The translations under genes were made by a program, and so were the position numbers. Under the pieces are notes generated by a model. That model was not told the DNA's origin, made no database searches, and was given only the letters and a program-made list of their open reading frames with translations. Source: Patescibacteria group bacterium (GTDB taxonomy: Bacteria; Patescibacteriota; Patescibacteriia; UBA9570; JAHJKD01). From it: a stretch of DNA of 64,000 bases. Of this stretch, positions 34,650 through 43,724 are shown piece by piece. Location: NCBI GenBank assembly GCA_018822435.1, contig JAHJKD010000003.1, positions 1,208-65,207 on the forward strand, in the 5' to 3' direction. How positions within the stretch are numbered: position 1 is the first letter of the stretch; each line of letters begins with the position of its first letter.

Positions 34650-35570
34650 ATGGATTTTAAAGGAAAAGACATCATCTCTATCCCGGATATTTCCAAGCAG
34701 GAAATAGACCATGTTTTGGCTATAGCTGCCAAAATGAAGAAAAAGCCAAACCCGAGTTTATTAAAAGACAAAGTATTGGCCAGTTTGTTTTATGAACCAT
34801 CTACCCGGACAAGATTAAGTTTTGAAACAGCCGCAGAAAGACTGGGTATGCGTGTTATCGGATTTGCTGAAGCAGGCGTATCTTCTTCAGGCAAGAAAGG
34901 GGAATCCCTTCATGATTCAATTAAGAATATCGGCTTATATGCCGATGTAATCGCCATGCGGCATCCGGCTGAAGGAAGCGCCCGCCTGGCTTCTGAAGCA
35001 ACTGATAAACCAATTCTTAACGGCGGTGACGGAGCTAATCAGCATCCTACCCAAACATTATTGGATCTTTTCACAATTAAGGAAACTCAGAAAAAACTAT
35101 CTGGTTTGGATATTGCCATTGTAGGAGATCTGAAATTCGGACGGACAACCCACTCGCTGGCCCAAGCCCTGGCATATTATAATCCGCGTCTTTACTTTGT
35201 AGCGCCGGAAGCTCTGCAAATGCCGGATCATATTCTGAAGTTTTTAAAGAAAAATAAAGTAAAATTCTCCCAACATGAGAAAATTGAAAATGTTATTAAT
35301 AAAGTAGATATTCTTTATATGACCAGGATCCAGAAAGAAAGATTTCCTGATCCTTTGGAATATGAAAGGGTAAAGAATGTGTATGTATTGACCGAGGATA
35401 TGTTGGAAGGTGTAAAGCCAAATATGAAAGTCATGCATCCCTTACCTCGCGTTGATGAAATTGAACCAAGCGTAGATAAAACCAAACATGCTTATTACTT
35501 CCAACAAGCAGAAAATGGTTTGTATGTGCGTCAAGGTTTACTCGGCTTAGTATTAGGAAAATTAAAATAA
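34650..35570 (+). CDS. pyrB: Aspartate carbamoyltransferase catalytic subunit PyrB
   Basis: Motifs STRTR, HPTQ and HPLPR. Followed by pyrI. Confidence 0.85.
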   Translation: MDFKGKDIISIPDISKQEIDHVLAIAAKMKKKPNPSLLKDKVLASLFYEPSTRTRLSFETAAERLGMRVIGFAEAGVSSSGKKGESLHDSIKNIGLYADVIAMRHPAEGSARLASEATDKPILNGGDGANQHPTQTLLDLFTIKETQKKLSGLDIAIVGDLKFGRTTHSLAQALAYYNPRLYFVAPEALQMPDHILKFLKKNKVKFSQHEKIENVINKVDILYMTRIQKERFPDPLEYERVKNVYVLTEDMLEGVKPNMKVMHPLPRVDEIEPSVDKTKHAYYFQQAENGLYVRQGLLGLVLGKLK

Positions 35571-35605
35571 TTCTTCGATAAAATCAGAATAAATAATATA
35601 AATAT

Positions 35606-36082
35606 ATGGCAAATAAACAACCAGAAAGACCATTTAAGGTCTACACAATTAAAGAAGGTACGGTCATTGACCACATTCCGCGCGGCCGGGCAATTGAAAT
35701 TCTCAGGATGTTAAAATTAGTTGATAGCGGAAATTTCGTGACCATGGGATCAAATTTTAAATCTAAGAAAAAAGGATATAAAGACATAATTAAAATTGAA
35801 GGAAAAGAGCTAACTCCGGAAGAAGTAAATCAAGTAGCTTTGCTCGCACCAAAAGCGACCATTAATATTATCAGGGACTATAAGATCGTTGATAAATTTG
35901 TCGTGGAATTACCCGAAGTTTTTGAAGACATGGTGAAATGTCCGAATCCGAAGTGCATAACCAATATGGATCCGCAAAATGCCAAATTTATTCCTACTTT
36001 TGAAGGCAAGGAAATGCTTTTACAATGCGTTTACTGTGAAAAATTATTTAAACCAGAAGAATTAAATGAATACGTTAAGTGA
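35606..36082 (+). CDS. pyrI: Aspartate carbamoyltransferase regulatory subunit PyrI
   Basis: 158 aa with a C-terminal Zn-binding CxxC...CxxC (CPNPKC...CVYCEK). Confidence 0.8.
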   Translation: MANKQPERPFKVYTIKEGTVIDHIPRGRAIEILRMLKLVDSGNFVTMGSNFKSKKKGYKDIIKIEGKELTPEEVNQVALLAPKATINIIRDYKIVDKFVVELPEVFEDMVKCPNPKCITNMDPQNAKFIPTFEGKEMLLQCVYCEKLFKPEELNEYVK

Positions 36083-37280
36083 GAAAGATCTGCAGGAATG
36101 GTTAGAAACTGAATCCTGGGATAAGGTAAAAAATAAAGTAGAAAAAGCTGGCCATATTTTATTGCCGGCCATGATTGATTCTCATGTGCATTTTCGCATT
36201 CCTGGCGGAGATTATAAAGAAGACTGGGAATGGGGGAGTAAAGCGGCTATTGCCGGCGGTATTTGCGGTGTTTGCGATATGCCGAATACAAATCCGCCCA
36301 TTATTACCAAAGAAGTCCTGGATAAGAAAATAGACCGGGTAAAAAAAGAAGAAGTCGATGGTTTTAAAGACTTTCATTATTTAGGCGTTTATGGCAATCG
36401 TGAGCCTGATTTGAGAGCTAAAGATGAAGTCGTGGCCCTGAAAGTTTATACTGGTTCGTCTACTGGAGATTTATTAGTAGAAACCGAAAAAGGACTGGAA
36501 AAAGTTTTTAAAGAATGGCCAGGCGTAATTGCTGTACATGCAGAAGATGAGAAAATTATTCAGGAAAATATAGCCCGATATGCCGATCTTAACGAACCGA
36601 TCAAACATTCCAAAATTCGCAGCCCGGAAGCGGCTGTCAGCGGCATCAAAAAAGTTTTAAAGTTTGTTAAAAAATTTAATCGGGCGACATATTTTTGCCA
36701 TGTTTCTACAGAAACCGAGCTAGAAGTTTTAGTTGCGGCCAAAGAACAAGGTCTGCCGATATATATTGAAGTAACTCCGCATCACTTATATTTGGATGAA
36801 AGCGCTTACGATGAGTGGGGAAATTTTGTGAAAATAAATCCGCCTTTACGGACAAAGAAAGACAATGAAGCATTATGGCTGGCAGTTTCCAGCGGAATTG
36901 TGGATGTGATCGCGTCTGATCATGCTCCGCATCTACCTGAAGAAAAAGCACTTGATTATGCCAATGCTCCGGCCGGCGTACCTGGTGTGGGCCAAATATT
37001 GCCTCTTATGCTCAATGCTGTGAGTGAAGGCAGATTAAGTCTAGAAAGATTAATTGAATGCATGCATGACAACCCCAAGAAAATATTCGGCTTAAAGGGC
37101 TTGAAAAATTGCGGAGTTGTTGTCGACCTAAAGCAAGAAAATAAAATTTTAAAAGAAGGTCTTGGCACAAAATGCGGATGGAGTCCTTACGAAGGCATGA
37201 CCTTAAAAGGCTGGCCTGAATGGACAATCATTGACGGCCAAGCCATGGATATGAAAGTAAATCAATTAAAAGATATATAA
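36066..37280 (+). CDS. pyrC: Dihydroorotase PyrC (amidohydrolase)
   Basis: Metal-binding DSHVHFR near the N-terminus and amidohydrolase-fold motifs. Overlaps the pyrI end by 17 nt. Confidence 0.75.
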   Translation: MNTLSEKDLQEWLETESWDKVKNKVEKAGHILLPAMIDSHVHFRIPGGDYKEDWEWGSKAAIAGGICGVCDMPNTNPPIITKEVLDKKIDRVKKEEVDGFKDFHYLGVYGNREPDLRAKDEVVALKVYTGSSTGDLLVETEKGLEKVFKEWPGVIAVHAEDEKIIQENIARYADLNEPIKHSKIRSPEAAVSGIKKVLKFVKKFNRATYFCHVSTETELEVLVAAKEQGLPIYIEVTPHHLYLDESAYDEWGNFVKINPPLRTKKDNEALWLAVSSGIVDVIASDHAPHLPEEKALDYANAPAGVPGVGQILPLMLNAVSEGRLSLERLIECMHDNPKKIFGLKGLKNCGVVVDLKQENKILKEGLGTKCGWSPYEGMTLKGWPEWTIIDGQAMDMKVNQLKDI

Positions 37281-37283
37281 ACA

Positions 37284-38222
37284 ATGAGACATTTAATTTC
37301 ACTCAAAGATTACACAGCAGGCGAGATTACAGAAATAATCGAGCTGGCTGAAAAAATCAAAGCCAACCAAAAAGATTATTGGCAAGCATTAGACCACATG
37401 ACTTTGATCATGCTTTTTCAAAAATCATCAACCCGCACGCGCCTTTCTTTTGAGGAAGGCATGACCCAACTAGGAGGCCATGGAATTTTTCTAGATCAAA
37501 AGACTTCGCAATTTGCCCTGACTGATTTTAGGGATGAGATCCAGGCAGTGATGCGGTTTGGCGACATGTTGATGTTCCGGGCCATGAAAGTAGAAGATGT
37601 GGAAAAAGCCGCTTCTTTGAATGCGGTTCCAGTTATTGATGCGTGTTCAGAGAAATATCATCCTTGTCAGGCTTTATCTGACTTGCTGACAATGTCGGAA
37701 AAATCCGGAGGTTTGGGCAATATCAAAAAGGTTGCCTGGTTAGGCATTGAAAACAATGTTTCAAATACGCTCATGCTGGCTTGCGCTAAGCTGGGAATAG
37801 AAGTATCGATAATAGCTCCAAAAGTTAATGAACCGAGCATAGATGAAGAACTAAATAAAATGGCTGAAGACACAGGTAAGGTCACAAGAACTCTTGATTT
37901 AGAAGAAGGCTTAAAAGATGCGGATTTTGTCCATACTGACACCTGGATGGATATGGAGTTTTTTGAAGAAGGAAGGGTGAAACCAGATTTTAAAGAAGAA
38001 TATGAAGTCAGGATTGATTTGTTTAAGCCATATCAGTTGTCCGGAGAATTAATAGATAAATATTGTCCAGAGGCCAAGATCATGCATTGCATGCCTTGTC
38101 ATATTGGATATGAAATATCAAGATCAGCCATGGACCATGGAAACGCGGTAATAATTGATCAGGCCGAAAACAGACTGCATGCCCAAAAAGCTATAATGCT
38201 ATGGTTAAATGACCACCGTTAA
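37284..38222 (+). CDS. Ornithine-carbamoyltransferase-like transcarbamylase paralog with an altered substrate loop
   Basis: STRTR, HPCQ and an HCLP-like HCMPCH motif, plus the OTCase-type N-terminus (ISLKDYTAGEITEIIELAEKIK). The canonical ornithine-binding DxWxSMG is replaced by DTWMDME. Confidence 0.6.
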   Translation: MRHLISLKDYTAGEITEIIELAEKIKANQKDYWQALDHMTLIMLFQKSSTRTRLSFEEGMTQLGGHGIFLDQKTSQFALTDFRDEIQAVMRFGDMLMFRAMKVEDVEKAASLNAVPVIDACSEKYHPCQALSDLLTMSEKSGGLGNIKKVAWLGIENNVSNTLMLACAKLGIEVSIIAPKVNEPSIDEELNKMAEDTGKVTRTLDLEEGLKDADFVHTDTWMDMEFFEEGRVKPDFKEEYEVRIDLFKPYQLSGELIDKYCPEAKIMHCMPCHIGYEISRSAMDHGNAVIIDQAENRLHAQKAIMLWLNDHR

Positions 38223-39117
38223 ATTTTTAAACAAACAATTCAACGGCCCACTGGTTTTAGCATCAGGCGTTTTAGGCGTGAACGCTTCTTCTTGGGGCAA
38301 TGTGAATAAGCACGGAGCTGGAGGGATTACAATTAAGTCTTGCTCACTACAACCAAGAGAGGGCCATCCCAATCCGACCATGACAGGCACAAAGCATTAT
38401 TTTATTAATGCGGTTGGTCTTTCTAATCCTGGTGTGGAAGAGGTTGTAAAAGAAGTTGAGGTTTTTAGAAAAACTAATAAGACGCCTTTAATAGGCAGTG
38501 TGTTTGCCGGATGCGTGGAAGATTTTGGGAAATGCGCTAAAGCTTTGGCAGAATCTGCAGTCGATTTTATTGAAATAGATATTTCATGCCCCAATGTAAA
38601 ACATGAGTTTGGTGAGCCGTATGCTTTTTCTCCGGATGCCACAAAAAAAATTACTGCTGAAGTAAGAAAGCAAGTAAAAAAGCCAATCATCATAAAATTA
38701 TCAGCTGATGCGCCCGATATAGTAGCTGTGGGCAAAGCGGCTGAAAAAGCCGGAGCTGACGCCTTGTGTGCCATCAACACGATGTCTGGCATGGCTATTA
38801 ACGCGGAAATGGCCGCCCCTGTGCTCTCTAATGTCCAGGGCGGCGTATCTGGACCGGCGATCAAGCCCATGGCCCTGAAAGCAGTCTGGGACCTTTATGA
38901 AAATGTAAAAATTCCGATTATTGGAACGGGCGGAGTAACCTATGGGGTTGATGCAATAGAAATGCTCATGGCCGGCGCAAGTTTAGTTGGAGTTGGTTCG
39001 GCCGTGTATTTTAGAAAAATTGATGCTTTTAAACTGATCAATGAAGAGATCGAAGACTTTATGAAGAAAAATAATTACAAGACCATTAAGTCAATGATTG
39101 GGGCGGCGCATAAATGA
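38209..39117 (+). CDS. pyrD: Dihydroorotate dehydrogenase catalytic subunit (class 1B) PyrD
   Basis: FMN-binding TIM-barrel family with conserved N-terminal NPLVLASG-like VLASG and active-site Cys region. Confidence 0.8.
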   Translation: MTTVKFLNKQFNGPLVLASGVLGVNASSWGNVNKHGAGGITIKSCSLQPREGHPNPTMTGTKHYFINAVGLSNPGVEEVVKEVEVFRKTNKTPLIGSVFAGCVEDFGKCAKALAESAVDFIEIDISCPNVKHEFGEPYAFSPDATKKITAEVRKQVKKPIIIKLSADAPDIVAVGKAAEKAGADALCAINTMSGMAINAEMAAPVLSNVQGGVSGPAIKPMALKAVWDLYENVKIPIIGTGGVTYGVDAIEMLMAGASLVGVGSAVYFRKIDAFKLINEEIEDFMKKNNYKTIKSMIGAAHK

Positions 39118-39893
39118 GTGAAATAAAAGTATATAAAATAAGGAAAGTCAAAGATGAAACACCTTTCATGAAGACTTTTACGTTTGTTGGAGACCTAGGA
39201 GCAAAACCTGGCCAGTTTGTAATGGTTTGGATCCCGGGTGTTGATCAGAAGCCGTTTGGAATTTCCCGGCAAACTAAAAATGAATTTGATGTGTCTGTTT
39301 TAGTGCGGGGTAAGTTTACTAAAGCGATGTTCAAACTTGAAGCAGGGGATAAATGCGGAATATCCGGACCATTTGGAACAAGTTTCAGTTTAGTTAAGAA
39401 TAAAAAAGTAGCAGTAGTCGGTGGTGGATGTGGCATGGCGCCCCTTGGTTTCTTAATTGATGAGCTTAAAAAAAATAAATGTAAAGTGACCATTTATAAC
39501 GGTGCTCGGTCAATTGATAATGTCATGTTTGTAAATAGGTTTAAGGATTCACAATTTTGCACAGGTGATGCTACTCTTGGGCATGAAGGCTATGCGACTG
39601 ATTTATTGGAAGGACAAATTGGCAAACTTAATCCGGTTATGGTTTATTCCTGCGGTCCGGAAATGATGATGCAGGTGGTTTGTGAAATTTGTTCGGAAAA
39701 TAAGGTGCCATGTGAAGTTTCCATGGAAAGATACATGAAATGCGGATTTGGTGTTTGCGGTCAATGCGTAATGGATCCATTAGGGATTCGTATGTGCACA
39801 GAAGGTCCGGTGATATCTTGCGAACTTACTAAAAAATTGGCTGAGTTTGGAAATTACTACCGGGATAAATCAGGTAAAAAAGTAAATTTTTAA
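39114..39893 (+). CDS. pyrK: Dihydroorotate dehydrogenase electron-transfer subunit PyrK
   Basis: Ferredoxin-reductase-like FAD/NAD domain and C-terminal [2Fe-2S] Cys cluster CGFGVCGQCVMD...C. Gene order is pyrD-pyrK, the reverse of the usual pyrK-pyrD. Confidence 0.75.
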   Translation: MSEIKVYKIRKVKDETPFMKTFTFVGDLGAKPGQFVMVWIPGVDQKPFGISRQTKNEFDVSVLVRGKFTKAMFKLEAGDKCGISGPFGTSFSLVKNKKVAVVGGGCGMAPLGFLIDELKKNKCKVTIYNGARSIDNVMFVNRFKDSQFCTGDATLGHEGYATDLLEGQIGKLNPVMVYSCGPEMMMQVVCEICSENKVPCEVSMERYMKCGFGVCGQCVMDPLGIRMCTEGPVISCELTKKLAEFGNYYRDKSGKKVNF

Positions 39894-39901
39894 TTTAAAA
39901 T

Positions 39902-40501
39902 ATGGATAAAAAAGAATTGATTTTAAAACTGGCAGATATTAATGCCATTAAATTTGGAGAGTTCACATTAAAATCAGGCATTCAGTCGCCGATTTATATT
40001 GATCTGCGCGTGATCGTATCTTTCCCTGAAGTTTTAAGGGCAGTATCTGATGAGATGTGGAAGAAAGTTGAAGACCTGGATTTTGACATGGTTTGCGGCG
40101 TGCCTTATACGGCCTTGCCTATTGCTACGGCTATTTCCTTAGATCATGATATACCTATGGTAATGCGAAGAAAAGAAGTGAAGAAATATGGCACGAAGCA
40201 GGCTATAGAAGGAATATTTGAACCAGGCCAGACTTGCCTGATTGTGGAAGACTTGGTAACTTCAGGTTCAAGCGTGTTTGAGACAATAGAACCGCTTGAG
40301 GCGCAAGACATCAAAGTGAGAGATGTCGTTGTGCTATTAGACCGCGAACAAGGCGGCCGGCAGAATTTGGCGGAAAAAAATTATAATTTGCATTCTGTAA
40401 TCACTATGCAGGAATTGCTGGATACGCTTTTAGAAGCCAATAAGATCGGGGAGGCCATGCATGATAAAGTCATGGAATTTATTAAACAAAGTCAAACGTA
40501 A
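39902..40501 (+). CDS. pyrE: Orotate phosphoribosyltransferase PyrE
   Basis: PRPP-binding motif LIVEDLVTSGSS. About 200 aa. Confidence 0.8.
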   Translation: MDKKELILKLADINAIKFGEFTLKSGIQSPIYIDLRVIVSFPEVLRAVSDEMWKKVEDLDFDMVCGVPYTALPIATAISLDHDIPMVMRRKEVKKYGTKQAIEGIFEPGQTCLIVEDLVTSGSSVFETIEPLEAQDIKVRDVVVLLDREQGGRQNLAEKNYNLHSVITMQELLDTLLEANKIGEAMHDKVMEFIKQSQT

Positions 40502-40514
40502 TAATAATTCAAAA

Positions 40515-40550
40515 TTTTGTAGAGACGCGATTAATCGCGTCTCTACAAAA
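40515..40550. repeat. Perfect 15-bp-stem palindrome of the TTTTGTAG...CTACAAAA family
   Basis: TTTTGTAGAGACGCG-ATTAAT-CGCGTCTCTACAAAA. Lies between pyrE and pyrF inside the operon. Terminator-like on both strands. Confidence 0.6.
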
Positions 40551-40566
40551 TTTAAAAATAATAAAT

Positions 40567-41328
40567 ATGAAGTACGAAGATAGAATTACAACCACAACAA
40601 ACCCAACAGCGAAAAGATTATTTGAATTGATGGTAGAAAAAGAAACAAATTTATCTGTGGCAGCGGATTTGACATCAAGCCGGGAGATTCTGGATTTGCT
40701 GGATAAAATCGGACCGGAAATTTGCGTGGCTAAATTACACGTGGATATTATTACTGATTTTACCCCGGAATTTATTGATAAGCTGATGGCGCTAAAAGAG
40801 AAACATAACTTTTTAATATTTGAAGATCGCAAGTTTGCTGATATTGGCAATACTGTGAAAATGCAATACAGTGGCGGTGTTTATCATATAGTAGACTGGG
40901 CGGATATTACTAATGCTCATACCGTGCCTGGTCCGGGAATAATAGAAGGCATGAAAGAGGTGGGATTGCCAAAAGGCCGAGGTTTATTATTACTGGCAGA
41001 AATGACACCAGAAGGTACGTTAGCTAAGGGCAAATACACAAAAGAGTCTATTAAAATGGCGCAAGAGAACGAAGATTTTGTAATTGGATTCATTACCACC
41101 AAGAAACTGATTAATGATCCGAAATTCATTAATTTTACTCCTGGAGTTAAGTTTGGCGGTGGCGGAGACGCCCTTAAACAGCAGTATAATACCCCGGAAA
41201 AGGCCATAAAAGGCGGTTCTGACGTGTTAATTGTAGGAAGGGGCATATATCAAGCTGATAACCCTCAAGAAGAGGCTAAGAAATATAAGGAAGAAGCCTG
41301 GAAAGCTTATTTAGATTCTACCAGCTAG
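40567..41328 (+). CDS. pyrF: Orotidine-5'-phosphate decarboxylase PyrF
   Basis: Motifs DLTSSREILDLLDKIGPEICVAKLHVDIITDF (Asp-x-Lys-x-x-Asp catalytic array) and the FEDRKFADIGNT region. Confidence 0.8.
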   Translation: MKYEDRITTTTNPTAKRLFELMVEKETNLSVAADLTSSREILDLLDKIGPEICVAKLHVDIITDFTPEFIDKLMALKEKHNFLIFEDRKFADIGNTVKMQYSGGVYHIVDWADITNAHTVPGPGIIEGMKEVGLPKGRGLLLLAEMTPEGTLAKGKYTKESIKMAQENEDFVIGFITTKKLINDPKFINFTPGVKFGGGGDALKQQYNTPEKAIKGGSDVLIVGRGIYQADNPQEEAKKYKEEAWKAYLDSTS

Positions 41329-42588
41329 AGAAAATGATTCAGCTTTAGTAATTTTAATGTCAATAAACCGGCCGGCCAAGCGTCGGTTTTTTGGTGCTTT
41401 AAACCGCACAGTGACCATGCCTTCAGTGCGGCCGAGCCAATGGTCTTTGGAATATTTTTCCACTAATATTTTTTGGATCGTGCCGACTAATTTTTTGTTA
41501 TGATCCAGGGCGGTTTTCATGAGGATTGAAGTTAGCTGTTTTTCTCTGCGTTTTTTTTCTAGCTGGGAAACATTATCTTTAAGTTGAGAGGCGGCCGTGC
41601 CGGGACGGACGGAAAATTGGGCTGTGAAAGCCATATTGAATTTTAATTCTTTGAATAACTTAGCTGTGTCTTCAAATTGTTTTTTAGTTTCACCGGGAAA
41701 ACCTACTATGACATCAGTAGATATGGATACATCAGGAATTTCTTGCCTAATTTTTTTATATAGATTTTTATATTGAGCCACAGTATAAGGCCGGTTCATT
41801 TTTTTTAAAACAGCATTGCTACCAGACTGGACTGGTAAATTTATTTGATTACAAACGTTTGGATATTTAGCAATCACTTCAATTAGTTCGTCAGAGAAAT
41901 CTTTTGGATGCGGAGAAGTAAATCTGATCCAGGGGCGGGAATAGGGATTACCGCTTTCAGTTAATTTTGCGATTTTTTCAAGCAGGGTAGGGAAGTCTAT
42001 TTCTGTTTTTTTATCCAAACCGTAAGAATTCACATTTTCTCCTAAAAGTGTAATTTCTTTATAGCCTTTTTTAATCAAGTTTTTCACTTCTGCGATAATG
42101 TCTTTTGATGGCCGTGATTTTTCTCGTCCACGTGTATAAGGAACGGCACAATAAGTGCAGTAATTATTACACCCAGTAGAAATAGGCACATAAGCCTGAT
42201 ATTTAGAGATATAATCAGGATCGATTTTTAAATAGTTTTTTGGAAATTTAATATCAGTTTGTTCAAGAAATTTTGGAATTTTATTAATTTCCTGAAGATC
42301 GATAATAAGATCGAATTTTGGCTTGAATTTTTGGATATCATGATCCAAAACGCAGCCGGTCAATATGGCAATAAGTTCGCCTTTTTTTTGTCGCTTAGCC
42401 CACCAGCGGAATTTTCCGTAAACCCGGTCTATGGCAGATTGACGCACCGAGCAGGCAACCACGACGATCAGGTCGGCTAATTTATCGTCATCAGTTTTTT
42501 TATATCCTAAGGACTTAAGAATTTTTTCAATTCTTTCTGCATCGGATTTGTTCATTTGGCAGCCTAAAGGCCATATCCAATATTTCAT
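41311..42588 (-). CDS. Radical-SAM methylthiotransferase, MiaB/RimO family
   Basis: MTTase N-domain cysteines, radical-SAM CNNYCTYCAVP (CxxxCxxC) and C-terminal TRAM domain. Confidence 0.75.
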   Translation of the reverse strand: MKYWIWPLGCQMNKSDAERIEKILKSLGYKKTDDDKLADLIVVVACSVRQSAIDRVYGKFRWWAKRQKKGELIAILTGCVLDHDIQKFKPKFDLIIDLQEINKIPKFLEQTDIKFPKNYLKIDPDYISKYQAYVPISTGCNNYCTYCAVPYTRGREKSRPSKDIIAEVKNLIKKGYKEITLLGENVNSYGLDKKTEIDFPTLLEKIAKLTESGNPYSRPWIRFTSPHPKDFSDELIEVIAKYPNVCNQINLPVQSGSNAVLKKMNRPYTVAQYKNLYKKIRQEIPDVSISTDVIVGFPGETKKQFEDTAKLFKELKFNMAFTAQFSVRPGTAASQLKDNVSQLEKKRREKQLTSILMKTALDHNKKLVGTIQKILVEKYSKDHWLGRTEGMVTVRFKAPKNRRLAGRFIDIKITKAESFSLAGRI

Positions 42589-43724
42589 GGCTTCAAGTAT
42601 TTGAGAATATTGGATAGTAGTTTTTTATCAAATATTGAGGGAATAATATTTGCAGCCGAGGGATTCTGGACAGTGGCGGAAATGGCCTCAGCGCATTTTA
42701 ATTTATGCTGGGTCGTGATTTTTTTGAATTTATATTCAAGGGCGGCCCGGAACATGCCGGGAAAGACGAGGGCATTATTTATCTGGTTGGGAAAGTCGGA
42801 ACGGCCCGTAGCGATAATATACGCGCCAGCTTTTTTGGCTAAATCTGGCATGATTTCCGGCACCGGATTGGCCATGGCAAAAATGATCGGCTTGTCAGCC
42901 ATGGTTTTAATATGATGCGGCTTTAATATTCCTGGTGCAGATACGCCGATAAAGACATCAGCATTTTGAATGGCGTCATCCAGCTTACCTTTAATTCCAG
43001 ATTTATTTGATTTTTTGACAGCTAATTTTTGATATTTATTCATATGGTGGGCGACTGATGTTTCCAGAATGCCGAATTTATCAATTAATATGATATCGGC
43101 AGGTTTTTTTAGTGAAAGCAAGTTAAAAATTGCCAGTCCGGCCGCACCAGCGCCGTTTATCACTATTTTTACCTCACTCCATTTTTTACCGGTTAATTTG
43201 AGGGCATTGATAAGACCGGCCAGGGCAGCAATAGCTGTGCCGTGCTGGTCGTCGTGGAATACGGGAATATCAATCAATTTTTCCAAAGCATTTTCAACTT
43301 CAATGCATCTTGGCGCAGAAATGTCTTCTATGTTGATGCCAGCAAAAGTAGGTGATATATGGACTATTGTATCAATTATTTCTTTTACGTTCTGTGTGTT
43401 TAGAAGAATAGGATACGCATCGATATTAGCAAACTTTTTAAACAAATTCGCTTTGCCCTCCATTACTGGCAAGCCGGCTTCTGCGCCAATGTTTCCCAGG
43501 CCGAGAACGGCGGATCCGTCTGTGACAATGGCAATAGTATTAGGACGGTTAGTATAATCGTCTATTTTATTTTTATTTTTTTTAATCTCTTTACACGGAG
43601 CAGCCACACCAGGCGTGTAATACAAGGAAAGGTCCTCTTTTGTGCGTAAGGGGACCTTGTTTTTTATCTCAATTTTTCCTTGATATTTTTTATGCAAGCT
43701 TAGAGCTTTTTGATCCAATTTCAT
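42585..43724 (-). CDS. NAD(P)-dependent malic enzyme (short form)
   Basis: Malic-enzyme signature region TDGSAVLGLGNIGAEAGLPVMEGKANLFKKFANID and Rossmann motif GAGAAG. Confidence 0.8.
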   Translation of the reverse strand: MKLDQKALSLHKKYQGKIEIKNKVPLRTKEDLSLYYTPGVAAPCKEIKKNKNKIDDYTNRPNTIAIVTDGSAVLGLGNIGAEAGLPVMEGKANLFKKFANIDAYPILLNTQNVKEIIDTIVHISPTFAGINIEDISAPRCIEVENALEKLIDIPVFHDDQHGTAIAALAGLINALKLTGKKWSEVKIVINGAGAAGLAIFNLLSLKKPADIILIDKFGILETSVAHHMNKYQKLAVKKSNKSGIKGKLDDAIQNADVFIGVSAPGILKPHHIKTMADKPIIFAMANPVPEIMPDLAKKAGAYIIATGRSDFPNQINNALVFPGMFRAALEYKFKKITTQHKLKCAEAISATVQNPSAANIIPSIFDKKLLSNILKYLKP

